From the NCBI GenBank assembly GCA_001873435.1, contig MNZB01000004.1:307004-371003 (forward strand): a DNA stretch of 64,000 bases. Direction: 5' to 3'. Both the position numbers and the translations under genes were made by a program. Each line of letters opens with the position of its first letter. Positions within the stretch are counted from its first letter, which is position 1. The notes under the pieces were generated by a model, which worked only from the letters and a program-made list of their open reading frames with translations, was not told where the DNA came from and ran no database searches. Origin of the DNA: Candidatus Pacebacteria bacterium CG2_30_36_39 (GTDB taxonomy: Bacteria > Patescibacteriota > Microgenomatia > UBA1400 > PJMF01). Positions 16,664 through 25,497 of the stretch are shown one piece after another.

Positions 16664-18712
16664 CTATTCAGTTGGGGGAGAGTAGTCATTAATTGTGTAA
16701 TAACCAGCGTATTGTTTTTGTTTGGCTTTTTGTTCTGTTTCGGCTGCTAGTTTTTCATCTTCATCTTGAATTAGTTGCTTTTCTTGAGGAGCTTGAATAG
16801 GTTCTAACTGTTTTTCTTGTTTTGGTTTGAAAAGTGAAGAGAAGTCTTGTTTTTCTTTCTTTTTAACTTCATCTTCTGCTTCTTTTTGTAATTGAAATTG
16901 CTTGTTTTCCGCCCTTTGTTTGAGAACCTCTTCTGGATTTGTTGTAATAACTTCATGTTCTTCATCGCTAGCCACAACTCTTAAAGCTACGTGGTTTTGT
17001 CCTGCAAAAAATACACCCTCTCCAACGTCAGACGAAACCAGCAATTGTCTTTCTCCCTCAGATAAATAAAATGTTTCAGCTAAAACAGGGATTGAAGCGC
17101 TTGATTGCTTCATTAAAAATTGGATAGAAGCATTACTGACAATAGCTTTTCCATAATCATTATGTAAAAAGTCCTCAACATCTTGAGTAATAGTAGTAAT
17201 TCCTAAATAATATTTACGTGCTCTTTTAACCATAGAGTGAATAAAAGAGGCACTGTCTTTATGCTTCATAAAATACCAGGCTTCATCAATCACTAAAATT
17301 CTACGTTTTAAATTCTTTTTTACTCTAGTCCAAATAAAATCTAGGATAATAAACATAGCAATAGGCCTAAGAGCTTCTTCCATTTCTTTTACAGAAAATA
17401 CTGTAAAAGGATTGGTAATATTCATATTGGATGGTTTATCAAAAATACCTCTAAAGGAACCGGTGATAAACTTTTCAAGTCTAGCAGCAATATCATTAGC
17501 ATCATCATTTTCCATACCAATTAGTGCTTTATATAGATCTTCCATTAGAGGTGGTTCGTTTGTTTGAGTTACTGGATCTGGAGTAATGCCCTTGGCTTTA
17601 TAAGCAGCAATTAAAGCTCTATCTAATAAGGCTTCTTGTTGGGCAGTCATTTCTCCCAACATGACTTTTAGTAATCCGTGTAGGGTAATAACTTTTTGTC
17701 CAAGCTCATTTTCTCCCTCCTCATACATAGCAGAGAGATCAAATGGATTTAGTTTTGTTTCAGAACCAAAGGTGAAGTTAATATATTCTCCGCCAACTTT
17801 TTTAGCTAACTCCTCATATTCGTGTTCTGGGTCAAGAACAATTACTTCAGCATCAAACATTAATTGACGAATAATTTCCAATTTAACAGTATAAGACTTG
17901 CCTGCACCAGATTTAGCGAAAATAACCATGTTGGCATTTTCCATTTTAAAACGATCAAAAATTACCAATGAATCATTATGTTCATTAATTCCATAAAGAA
18001 TTCCAGTTTCCATGGTTAATTCTGAAGAAGTAAAAGGAAAGGTTGTGGCTAGTGACGTAGTATCCATGTTTCTAGTAATCATTAGCTTATCTTTACCCAT
18101 TGGAAGAGTGGTCTTAAAGCCTTCATCCATTTGCAAAGTTGCCTTTTTAGAAACAATAAGCAGAGAACCCAACATTGATTGAATGTTTTTGGTTATTTTA
18201 TCTAAAAACTCCATACTTGGAGCATTCAGAGTTATATATAGACCAAATTGAAAAAATCTCTCTGATCCAGCTGCTAGTTGTTCTCGAATGGACCTAGCAT
18301 CACTTAATTTAATCTCAGTATTAATATTACTAATTTTTCCAGATCTGATGTCAGATTGGATTTCTGCCTCCATCTCAGTAATTTTTCTTTTTAAGTTATC
18401 TAAAACCTCAGAAGAGTCAACGGGATAAACAAACATTGAGATGTTTGCTTGACTAGGAAAGTTAATAAGAGGAGATAACCAGTTGGCTGGAACTGTACGA
18501 GGGTAGCCGGCCACAAAAAGAGTACGGGTGTAAGTAGAGTTAATTTGTTGATAGGTAAAATCAACCTCAATTGCTTCAGGAGCAATAATGTCTTGAATTG
18601 TTACTAGACCTTGAGAAAACTCTTTGATCTTTTCCATCTCTTTTTGTTCTTGAGTTGGTTCTGAAGAGTTATTCGTGGTTTTTTTGCTAAAAAATGGCAA
18701 CTGAAAGGGCAT
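16664..18712 (-). CDS. VirB4/TrsE/PrgJ-family T4SS ATPase, core and C-terminal ATPase portion.
   Basis: 682 aa. ...TRTLFVAGYPRTVPANWLSPLINF...ISMFVYPVD...LKRKITEMEA; Walker A FAKSGAGKSYTVK; Walker B ILVIDEAWYFM. Matches the Gram-positive conjugative VirB4 layout. Confidence 0.85.
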   Translation of the reverse strand: MPFQLPFFSKKTTNNSSEPTQEQKEMEKIKEFSQGLVTIQDIIAPEAIEVDFTYQQINSTYTRTLFVAGYPRTVPANWLSPLINFPSQANISMFVYPVDSSEVLDNLKRKITEMEAEIQSDIRSGKISNINTEIKLSDARSIREQLAAGSERFFQFGLYITLNAPSMEFLDKITKNIQSMLGSLLIVSKKATLQMDEGFKTTLPMGKDKLMITRNMDTTSLATTFPFTSSELTMETGILYGINEHNDSLVIFDRFKMENANMVIFAKSGAGKSYTVKLEIIRQLMFDAEVIVLDPEHEYEELAKKVGGEYINFTFGSETKLNPFDLSAMYEEGENELGQKVITLHGLLKVMLGEMTAQQEALLDRALIAAYKAKGITPDPVTQTNEPPLMEDLYKALIGMENDDANDIAARLEKFITGSFRGIFDKPSNMNITNPFTVFSVKEMEEALRPIAMFIILDFIWTRVKKNLKRRILVIDEAWYFMKHKDSASFIHSMVKRARKYYLGITTITQDVEDFLHNDYGKAIVSNASIQFLMKQSSASIPVLAETFYLSEGERQLLVSSDVGEGVFFAGQNHVALRVVASDEEHEVITTNPEEVLKQRAENKQFQLQKEAEDEVKKKEKQDFSSLFKPKQEKQLEPIQAPQEKQLIQDEDEKLAAETEQKAKQKQYAGYYTINDYSPPTE

Positions 18713-18758
18713 TGTTCTCTATTGTAACCATATTTTTACTAAGACTTGTAGTGCAGAA

Positions 18759-19817
18759 CTATAATTCTGCCACAGGTGGTAATGTTTGATCTACTTTTGG
18801 TTGATTTTGCACCACAATTGGAGCTACTTCAATTTCTTTTTTTACTTCGTTTGGTTGTAAAACTTGATTATTTGCAGTTTTTGCTGCCTCAAAGACTGTT
18901 TGGGTTTGAATTTGAGTAGGTGTTTGTTTTGGAATTTCAACAGGAGTAGTTTGATTTTGCGGGACAACCTGTAAATTTGGTCTTGGAGCAGCTTCTTCTG
19001 GCATTTCCTTTGGTACTACCGCCGAAGCTGCTATTTCAGCAGTTCCTGCTTCCGGCACATCTTTGACGGACTGAATGTTTTCTTTCTTAGAATCATTATC
19101 TTTAGTGAGACTGATTAATGAATTTAAGTCTGGAGCTGTTTGAGCCTGAACAGTCATTGTTTCATAATCTTGACTGTTGGTAATTTGCTGACCCTCATAG
19201 GCCTCTGGGTTATAGCTATTATAGAAAAACTCAATTATTTCTTGAGTTAAGATTTGTCTAGCGAATAAGCCAATTCTATTAAATTGAGCAATTAAGTGAT
19301 CTCTTCTTGGTTCCAGAACTCCAAGGCCCTTTTCTATTACTGCGGCTTTTTGTTCTTTGGTTAGACTAGGAGCACTACTGCCGGGAAGAACACTCTGTGG
19401 TGTAACCATGCCAACCTCTGCAGGAGAAGCAGGAATAGTTACATAGAATTTTTTATCAAGAACATTTCTTTCTTTGATTAATTGACCAACAAAACCCTGA
19501 TATCTTTGAATTAACGCTCTCTTTTCATTAGTAGTGGCTTTTTCAGCTTGAATATCTAATAAACGAAGATAAGCAGTCGCGTCTTTTGTTTTAGAACTAA
19601 TAATAATTTGAATTGGAAAGTTTAGTGAATTAAGGAGTGCGGCGTAGGCATAAATAATTGCATCTTGTTCTTGCTCTGCTAATAAGCCGAAATTCATTGC
19701 ACTGACCATTAAAGTCATGGAAACAGTTCCATCTTTTAAAATAGCTACGTCATTAGAAATATCAAAAATATCTAAAAACTTTTGTGTTGTGGAAGAAATA
19801 TCATCGCCAGCAGACAT
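18759..19817 (-). CDS. VirB4 N-terminal-domain-like protein, encoded separately upstream of the ATPase and carrying a long disordered tail.
   Basis: 352 aa. DISNDVAILKDGTVSMTLMVSAMNFGLLAEQEQDAIIYAYAALLNSLNFPIQIIISSKTKD...KKFYVTIPA resembles the first roughly 150 aa of TrsE/PrgJ-type VirB4. The C-terminal roughly 170 aa is Q/P/T-rich low complexity. Confidence 0.55.
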   Translation of the reverse strand: MSAGDDISSTTQKFLDIFDISNDVAILKDGTVSMTLMVSAMNFGLLAEQEQDAIIYAYAALLNSLNFPIQIIISSKTKDATAYLRLLDIQAEKATTNEKRALIQRYQGFVGQLIKERNVLDKKFYVTIPASPAEVGMVTPQSVLPGSSAPSLTKEQKAAVIEKGLGVLEPRRDHLIAQFNRIGLFARQILTQEIIEFFYNSYNPEAYEGQQITNSQDYETMTVQAQTAPDLNSLISLTKDNDSKKENIQSVKDVPEAGTAEIAASAVVPKEMPEEAAPRPNLQVVPQNQTTPVEIPKQTPTQIQTQTVFEAAKTANNQVLQPNEVKKEIEVAPIVVQNQPKVDQTLPPVAEL

Positions 19818-19869
19818 ATCTGTCTATCGTACAGGAAAAGAAGATCACCTCGCAACTTGTAAACAAAAT

Positions 19870-20889
19870 TTAAACGGATCTTATTTCCAATGGTGTAATG
19901 ATTTTGCCGCTTAAAGTTAAAGTTTTTTCAGTAAATTGAAAATCTGTTTTTTCGACAGAAATAATATAAGTGCCATTAGGAAGGGCAGTGCTCAAACTAA
20001 ATTGTCCCAATAAATTAGTTTTTAATGAGGAGACAACCTGTCCCTGGGTTGTTTTTATTGTTATCACTGCTTGATCAACCAACTTATTGTCTTGAGTTAA
20101 AACCATACCAACAATAGTATTTGGAGTAGTTGGTTGTTTTGGAAAAGGAAGACTTTCGTTGGTGGAGATTGTTTCTTTTGGAATTTCTATCGTTTTGTTA
20201 ATAGGGATTGTTTCTGGAACTGGCTGCAGGATTGTTTTGTCTGCTGAGGCAATCTCAATTTTTTTATTAGTTTGTTGTTGCTGTTGAAAAATAATGTTTT
20301 CAGAGTTTTCAACCATGTCTTGACTTTTTTTAGCCAAATTTCTTACTTTTGGTACTAAATTTGGTTTTACTTTTCTTGGCGTTGCAGTTATTTCTGTTAC
20401 CTGAACATTTTCATAAAGAGCCAAAACATCTCTAATTTTTATGTTTTCTTCATCATCAAAGGAGTCGGTGGGTTTTTGATCTCCTACAGAACTAAGGTAT
20501 TCTTTAATTCTTTGTCTACGAGCTGGGGTTAAATCAATTTCAAAAGCTTCCTCTTCCTTGGTTTTTTCTCTTTTTTGGTGAGTAAAGGCAAATGGAATTT
20601 CTGTTTCTTTTTTCCAATAATATTTAGTTGGGTTATAAATAATCTTAAAAAATGTAGTAATCCAGTGATCCAAAGGTCTTTCTTCTATTGGAACAAAGGC
20701 GATAATTACACCAAATCCAGCCGAGAGAATAATAAGAGTCCATTTAACAATGCCTATTAAATTGGTGTTGTAAATAATTACAGCAATCACCACACCCAAA
20801 GCAACCTCTGCAAATTGCTTTAAGGTCATATTGCCAACAATATGAAATTTATATCCCACAACGTCTTGTGGAATTGGATGATCACGCAT
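19870..20889 (-). CDS. PrgI/VirB3-like T4SS membrane protein with a C-terminal carboxypeptidase-regulatory-like beta-sandwich domain.
   Basis: N-terminus IPQDVVGYKFHIVGNMTLKQF followed by two TM helices, a PrgI-family pattern. The C-terminus TIVGMVLTQDNKLVDQAVITIKTTQGQ...GQFSLS.LPNGTYIISVEKTDF fits the CarboxypepD_reg-like motif. Confidence 0.5.
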   Translation of the reverse strand: MRDHPIPQDVVGYKFHIVGNMTLKQFAEVALGVVIAVIIYNTNLIGIVKWTLIILSAGFGVIIAFVPIEERPLDHWITTFFKIIYNPTKYYWKKETEIPFAFTHQKREKTKEEEAFEIDLTPARRQRIKEYLSSVGDQKPTDSFDDEENIKIRDVLALYENVQVTEITATPRKVKPNLVPKVRNLAKKSQDMVENSENIIFQQQQQTNKKIEIASADKTILQPVPETIPINKTIEIPKETISTNESLPFPKQPTTPNTIVGMVLTQDNKLVDQAVITIKTTQGQVVSSLKTNLLGQFSLSTALPNGTYIISVEKTDFQFTEKTLTLSGKIITPLEIRSV

Positions 20890-20964
20890 GCTGTGTATAT
20901 CTTAGCGTGTCTCAATGACTGATGCTAGAGTTATGTTGAAAGAAAAAGAAAAAATCAGGGTAAA

Positions 20965-21972
20965 CTATTCAACTTTTACTGCTGGAGTGATAATTTCAGC
21001 GTCTATTATTTTTCCTTCATTGCTAAACAACTTTCCCACAAAGTGATAGAAAGGGTAAGCAATTTTTTGATTTAAGTCAGCTCGATATTCAATAGTAACA
21101 CTAGTTAAATCTCCAGATTCTATTTCTTTTAAAGAGATGGTTCCAGTTTCTTTATTATATGCGGAGATGATTGAAGCTTCTTGTCTATTATTTATATTGT
21201 CTATTGCCTCATTAATTGGAATGGTGGTCAAGTTTTTTTCGGTTAATAGCGGATAAATAAATTTATCTTGGAAAACTATTTTTTGAACTTCATAATCACT
21301 GTTTATTAATACTGATATAGCAGCCTGTTTTTGATGTTCTAGAAACAAGGGGATATTATTAATTGTATAGATGAAAGGTACTTCAATAATTGTTGTTTCA
21401 CCAAAAGATACTTCTCTAAGTTCTCCAATTCCATAAAAACGCTTAATTCCACCTTTGTACATAGTTAAAGGAAGGCTGTTAAAAACAGTTTTTACAAAGT
21501 CTTGAGCAACTTTTGTTGCTTTGTTTGTTTCAGAAATAAGATTGTCTTTTGGTGAGAAATTGGAATAAAAAAGATATGAATCATCTTGAGTATTATATGA
21601 GAGAGTAAACTTCTCACCTTTCCAAAGACCTGGTACATCAGGCACTATTTTTAGTGAATGCTCTTTTATTAATTGATCCTTTAGATATTCAGCTGTAATA
21701 GTGCTGGGACTAATTGTTGCTAACGGATATTTTGGTTTTGCTTCTGGAACTTCACCTGTAAAACGAATATTTTTAAATCTGGTTTGATCTCCGCCATTAT
21801 TTGTTATTACAAAATCTGTTTTGGGAATTATTGTTTCTTTTGGAGTAAAAATAGTAAAGAGTGTTGTTAAAACTAAGCCAACAACACTAATTCCAATCAA
21901 TATCACATACCATTTTTTTTCAGCTAAAAATGTTTTTTGAGTTTTATTCATAACATGTCCTAACTGGATCAT
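20965..21972 (-). CDS. Bitopic membrane protein; a possible VirB8-like T4SS component.
   Basis: 335 aa. Single N-terminal TM WYVILIGISVVGLVLTTLFTIF with a large extracytoplasmic domain. The call rests on position in the cluster only. Confidence 0.3.
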   Translation of the reverse strand: MIQLGHVMNKTQKTFLAEKKWYVILIGISVVGLVLTTLFTIFTPKETIIPKTDFVITNNGGDQTRFKNIRFTGEVPEAKPKYPLATISPSTITAEYLKDQLIKEHSLKIVPDVPGLWKGEKFTLSYNTQDDSYLFYSNFSPKDNLISETNKATKVAQDFVKTVFNSLPLTMYKGGIKRFYGIGELREVSFGETTIIEVPFIYTINNIPLFLEHQKQAAISVLINSDYEVQKIVFQDKFIYPLLTEKNLTTIPINEAIDNINNRQEASIISAYNKETGTISLKEIESGDLTSVTIEYRADLNQKIAYPFYHFVGKLFSNEGKIIDAEIITPAVKVE

Positions 21973-24900
21973 TTACTTTAACACTTGCTCCGTCTGGCAT
22001 TAAAGATGGTAAAGTTCCAGAATTTGGTGGACTACCAATTAAACCAAAATGTAGGTGAGGGCCAGAAGAATTACCAGTATTTCCCATGACTCCTAAAATT
22101 TCTCCAGCAGAAACACTTTTGCAAGAAAGAGTGTTTGAAGATCTCATGTGAGCTAATACAAAACTACCTTCAGCAGATTTTAAAACCACATGAATTCCAT
22201 AGCCTGGATCCATATTTCCAGGACAGGCTTCTCCATCAAAAGGAGCAAAAATTGGTGTACCTTCGCTATTAGCAATGTCAAAAGCATCAACTCTCTGATG
22301 TGAATAACTACCACCTGGTAGCTGAGTAATAGTTCCACTGGCGGGCCAACAACCAGCACCTTGAGAATAATCACCGATATAAACTACTTCACCAGTAATA
22401 GCGTTATCAGTGCCTTCCACACCCGTTTCTGGATCCTTAGCGAAGATTTTTAAATCAAAAGTATTTAAAATTGAGGCATTATCATATTTTTCATCAAATG
22501 TTTCTGAATAAGAGAGAACAACCGACTCTCCTGGAGTAATAACCATTTCCTCATATAATTCTGGAAAGTCAGTTAAATTTTTTATTCTATCTGGAATTGT
22601 TGGGGGAGTTTTGCCCTCCTCTTCCCAAGCCTTTTTGCTGTGGTTAACTTTTAAGGTGTCTTTGGCATCTAAAACTTGTAAAGTAAAGTTTCCTTTTGGA
22701 GTAATAGTGATCGTGTATTCAACTTTTAAAGGAAAGGCTGGGTTTTCACATTTGTTTTCTGGACAACCAGCAATAAATGCTCTTTTTTCAATAGTGACAT
22801 ATTCTGACTCTTTGCCCGGAGTAGAACCAGAAACAGTACTTAGAGGATCAACAATGGGGAAGTTGGCTAATAGAGCACCAGATTGAACGGCGTGTAAAAG
22901 TAGATTTCCCCCAGTAATTAAACCAGCTGATGTTAATACTGCTTGGGTTGCGATGTGGGTTACTGATTTGGTTACAATTAAATTTGAATGGGGAATGGCA
23001 TTGTTGATTGCTGCTTTTTTTGCCAAAGCGCTATTTGCAGCCGAGATCGATGAACTAGTGCTTGGAACATGAATGGCTGACGCACTTTTGGCACCACTAA
23101 ATAAATCACCAAACCATTTTTCTGCACCATATCCAAGCCAACCTCCACCAATGGCTCCAGCCAAGGCTCCGCCTGGGCCTCCAAAAATACCTCCCAAAAC
23201 TCCACCAAGGGTTGCACCAATACGACCACCCCATGTTAGTAGTGGAACAATCAAAGATCCAAGTCCTAAGCCACCACCAATTAATAAGGCCTGGCGACCC
23301 TTTTTTGTGGTAGCTATTTTTGCAAAGAAACCAAGAGCTGGGTGAATAGCTGTTCCAGCAGCAGCAGCTCCACTGCTCAAACCAGCTTCTGCAGCCTTTT
23401 CAGCCGCTTTAGCAGCTGCCTTTTTACTTAGTCTTGAGCTAACACCATTAATTCCTCTTTTGAGTTTGTTTCCCAATCCAGCCGTTTGTTTTCTAAAAGA
23501 TTTAATACTAGATAGTGGAGACCTAATAACTCCAGCTTGGGGAATGTATTGAGATTCATAGCCGTTGGCTTGAGATTGATCGTAAGATGCTGCGGCTCCG
23601 CCAATTAGAGGAGCTAAATCATGAATTGCTAACTCTCGTGGAACAAAATTAACATCATTGGCAATGTTTTTAACTGCATTGCCACCGGCTTCTCCATACC
23701 CCAAAGCAACGAGAATTTGTTCTCTTTCTTCGTATTGTATGTTTTCCCAGACACTTTTTAAAAAAGCTTCTTTTTTCTTACTATCTATTAGTGGGCTTTT
23801 ACCGTTGGTTAGTTCAACTATTTCTCCTGGGTTGGAAGAAATAGCTTTTGCTCCAACCATGGTTTTGTTAGTTGGAGCTGCTACTCCTCTAGCAAAAACC
23901 TGATTACTTTTACTAGCTGATATCTCGCCCTTGCTTTTATCTAGTAAATCTAGGGCTTCTCTAGTAGCAAATCTAGCTTCATTGTGTAATAAGATTTGTC
24001 CAGTTTTTCGGCCAAGAATTGATCTGCGAGCAATCCAAATTTCTTGTAATGATTCATAAATATCTGGTCTAAAAGGTATTTCATCACCAAAAATCAAGCG
24101 AAAGCGACCTTCATCAATGTATTTTAATAGTTCAATTGGGTAGGCCTGATCAATCCAGGAATCAATTACGTTAACAACGTTTGTTTTTGAAAGTGCCAAA
24201 CGATCGTCTCTAACACCAATTCTTCGAAGCTCTGTTTCAAGTAGCTTGTCTGTTTCTTTGGTTAGATAGTCAACGTCTCCGCTAGCAAGTTTGTCTCCAG
24301 AGAGACTAGTTAAGATTTCTTGTTCTTTAGAATTTTCAAAAACCCCAGAAAAACTTTGAATAAGGGGGCTTATATCTTCTCCCTGAGAGGCTCTTTCAAT
24401 TGCATTTTCTATTTGTTCTTTAATTTTGGGGTCGGTATTTCCTTTAACTATGTCTTCTAGTCTGTTTGAGATTAAAGAAGTGGTACGAAAATCGTTTTGT
24501 ACCATCCAAATATATTCTCGAATGAGAGTTAGTCTAGTTTCTGGATCAAGTAGGTTTTTATGTTTTCCATCTCCAATTACGGTAAGGAAAAAACCAGTTG
24601 TTTTTTGTGAAAGTAACTCACGAAGTTCTCTAGAATTCTGTAGGGTTCCAGGCGGTAATTTATGAAAAATTTCTAATTGAACAAGGGCTATTTCAGTAAA
24701 ATTAACAGACTGCTCTCTTAAAGCCGGACTAAATAGTTGGCTTTTAATATCAAGTAATTCTTCTGGTTTTGTTTCTTTTTTTTCTTCTAGTGGTCTATTT
24801 TCTTCGTCTTTACCTTCGTTTTCAGCGTTTTCTTCCTCGTTTTCTTGAGCCTGAGTAGTTCCGGTTGCAACCACTGCTGTATCCACCGATTGGGTTTCTT

Positions 24901-25450
24901 CTTCGTCCTCCTCTTTTTCTTCTTCTTCCTCTTTTTTTTCTGTTTTTTCTAAAGCGGCGATTAAAAATCTGGCTACTGGTTTAATATAGTCAGTTAATAA
25001 TGAGTTGAGATAGCGATCATCGTCTTTTGAAATTTCTAGATCAAAATCATGTGATTTACAGTAATCAATAATGGCAGTGGCTTTTTTTAGAACATCCGTT
25101 GGGGCTTCTTTTGTATAAAAAGATAGGATTGTTTGTGGATCGCCGCCTATTAATTTGTAATAAATGTCAGCGAATAAAAAAGCTAAATCGCTTTTATATA
25201 AAAAGAAGCCGGGATCTTCTTTGTCTTTCTCATCAGTGTCTTTTCTGTTTTTAGTTGTGTAATAGAGAGTGTCTAGGGAATAACTTTTAAAGAGTTGTGC
25301 ATACGAAAAATTGATTTGGGCTTCTTCTTTAATGTCTGTGTTGAGAATTAGTTTTAAAAAACCAATTGCTGATTCTTTGGTTAAACCATCAACAGCTCTT
25401 TTTAAAGCATAACGACCATTAGCTAGTGTGTATGAAGCATCATCAGCCAT
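21944..25450 (-). CDS. Giant transmembrane protein with a C-terminal M23 (LytM) peptidoglycan endopeptidase domain; a T4SS-associated cell-wall hydrolase of the PrgK/TraG class.
   Basis: 1168 aa. C-terminus GSYSHQRVDAFDI...GIHVVLKSAEGSFVLAHM...MGNTGNSSGPHLHFGL, the M23 HxxxD / HxH motifs. Central Gly-rich TM region GGGLGLGSLIVPLLTWGG...GGIFGGPGGALAGAIGGGWLGYG. Acidic N-terminal cytoplasmic part of about 700 aa. Confidence 0.7.
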   Translation of the reverse strand: MADDASYTLANGRYALKRAVDGLTKESAIGFLKLILNTDIKEEAQINFSYAQLFKSYSLDTLYYTTKNRKDTDEKDKEDPGFFLYKSDLAFLFADIYYKLIGGDPQTILSFYTKEAPTDVLKKATAIIDYCKSHDFDLEISKDDDRYLNSLLTDYIKPVARFLIAALEKTEKKEEEEEKEEDEEETQSVDTAVVATGTTQAQENEEENAENEGKDEENRPLEEKKETKPEELLDIKSQLFSPALREQSVNFTEIALVQLEIFHKLPPGTLQNSRELRELLSQKTTGFFLTVIGDGKHKNLLDPETRLTLIREYIWMVQNDFRTTSLISNRLEDIVKGNTDPKIKEQIENAIERASQGEDISPLIQSFSGVFENSKEQEILTSLSGDKLASGDVDYLTKETDKLLETELRRIGVRDDRLALSKTNVVNVIDSWIDQAYPIELLKYIDEGRFRLIFGDEIPFRPDIYESLQEIWIARRSILGRKTGQILLHNEARFATREALDLLDKSKGEISASKSNQVFARGVAAPTNKTMVGAKAISSNPGEIVELTNGKSPLIDSKKKEAFLKSVWENIQYEEREQILVALGYGEAGGNAVKNIANDVNFVPRELAIHDLAPLIGGAAASYDQSQANGYESQYIPQAGVIRSPLSSIKSFRKQTAGLGNKLKRGINGVSSRLSKKAAAKAAEKAAEAGLSSGAAAAGTAIHPALGFFAKIATTKKGRQALLIGGGLGLGSLIVPLLTWGGRIGATLGGVLGGIFGGPGGALAGAIGGGWLGYGAEKWFGDLFSGAKSASAIHVPSTSSSISAANSALAKKAAINNAIPHSNLIVTKSVTHIATQAVLTSAGLITGGNLLLHAVQSGALLANFPIVDPLSTVSGSTPGKESEYVTIEKRAFIAGCPENKCENPAFPLKVEYTITITPKGNFTLQVLDAKDTLKVNHSKKAWEEEGKTPPTIPDRIKNLTDFPELYEEMVITPGESVVLSYSETFDEKYDNASILNTFDLKIFAKDPETGVEGTDNAITGEVVYIGDYSQGAGCWPASGTITQLPGGSYSHQRVDAFDIANSEGTPIFAPFDGEACPGNMDPGYGIHVVLKSAEGSFVLAHMRSSNTLSCKSVSAGEILGVMGNTGNSSGPHLHFGLIGSPPNSGTLPSLMPDGASVKVNDPVRTCYE

Positions 25451-25497
25451 TGTTATTTATTATAGCTGTAATCTGGTTGAAACGCACGAGAAGTCAT

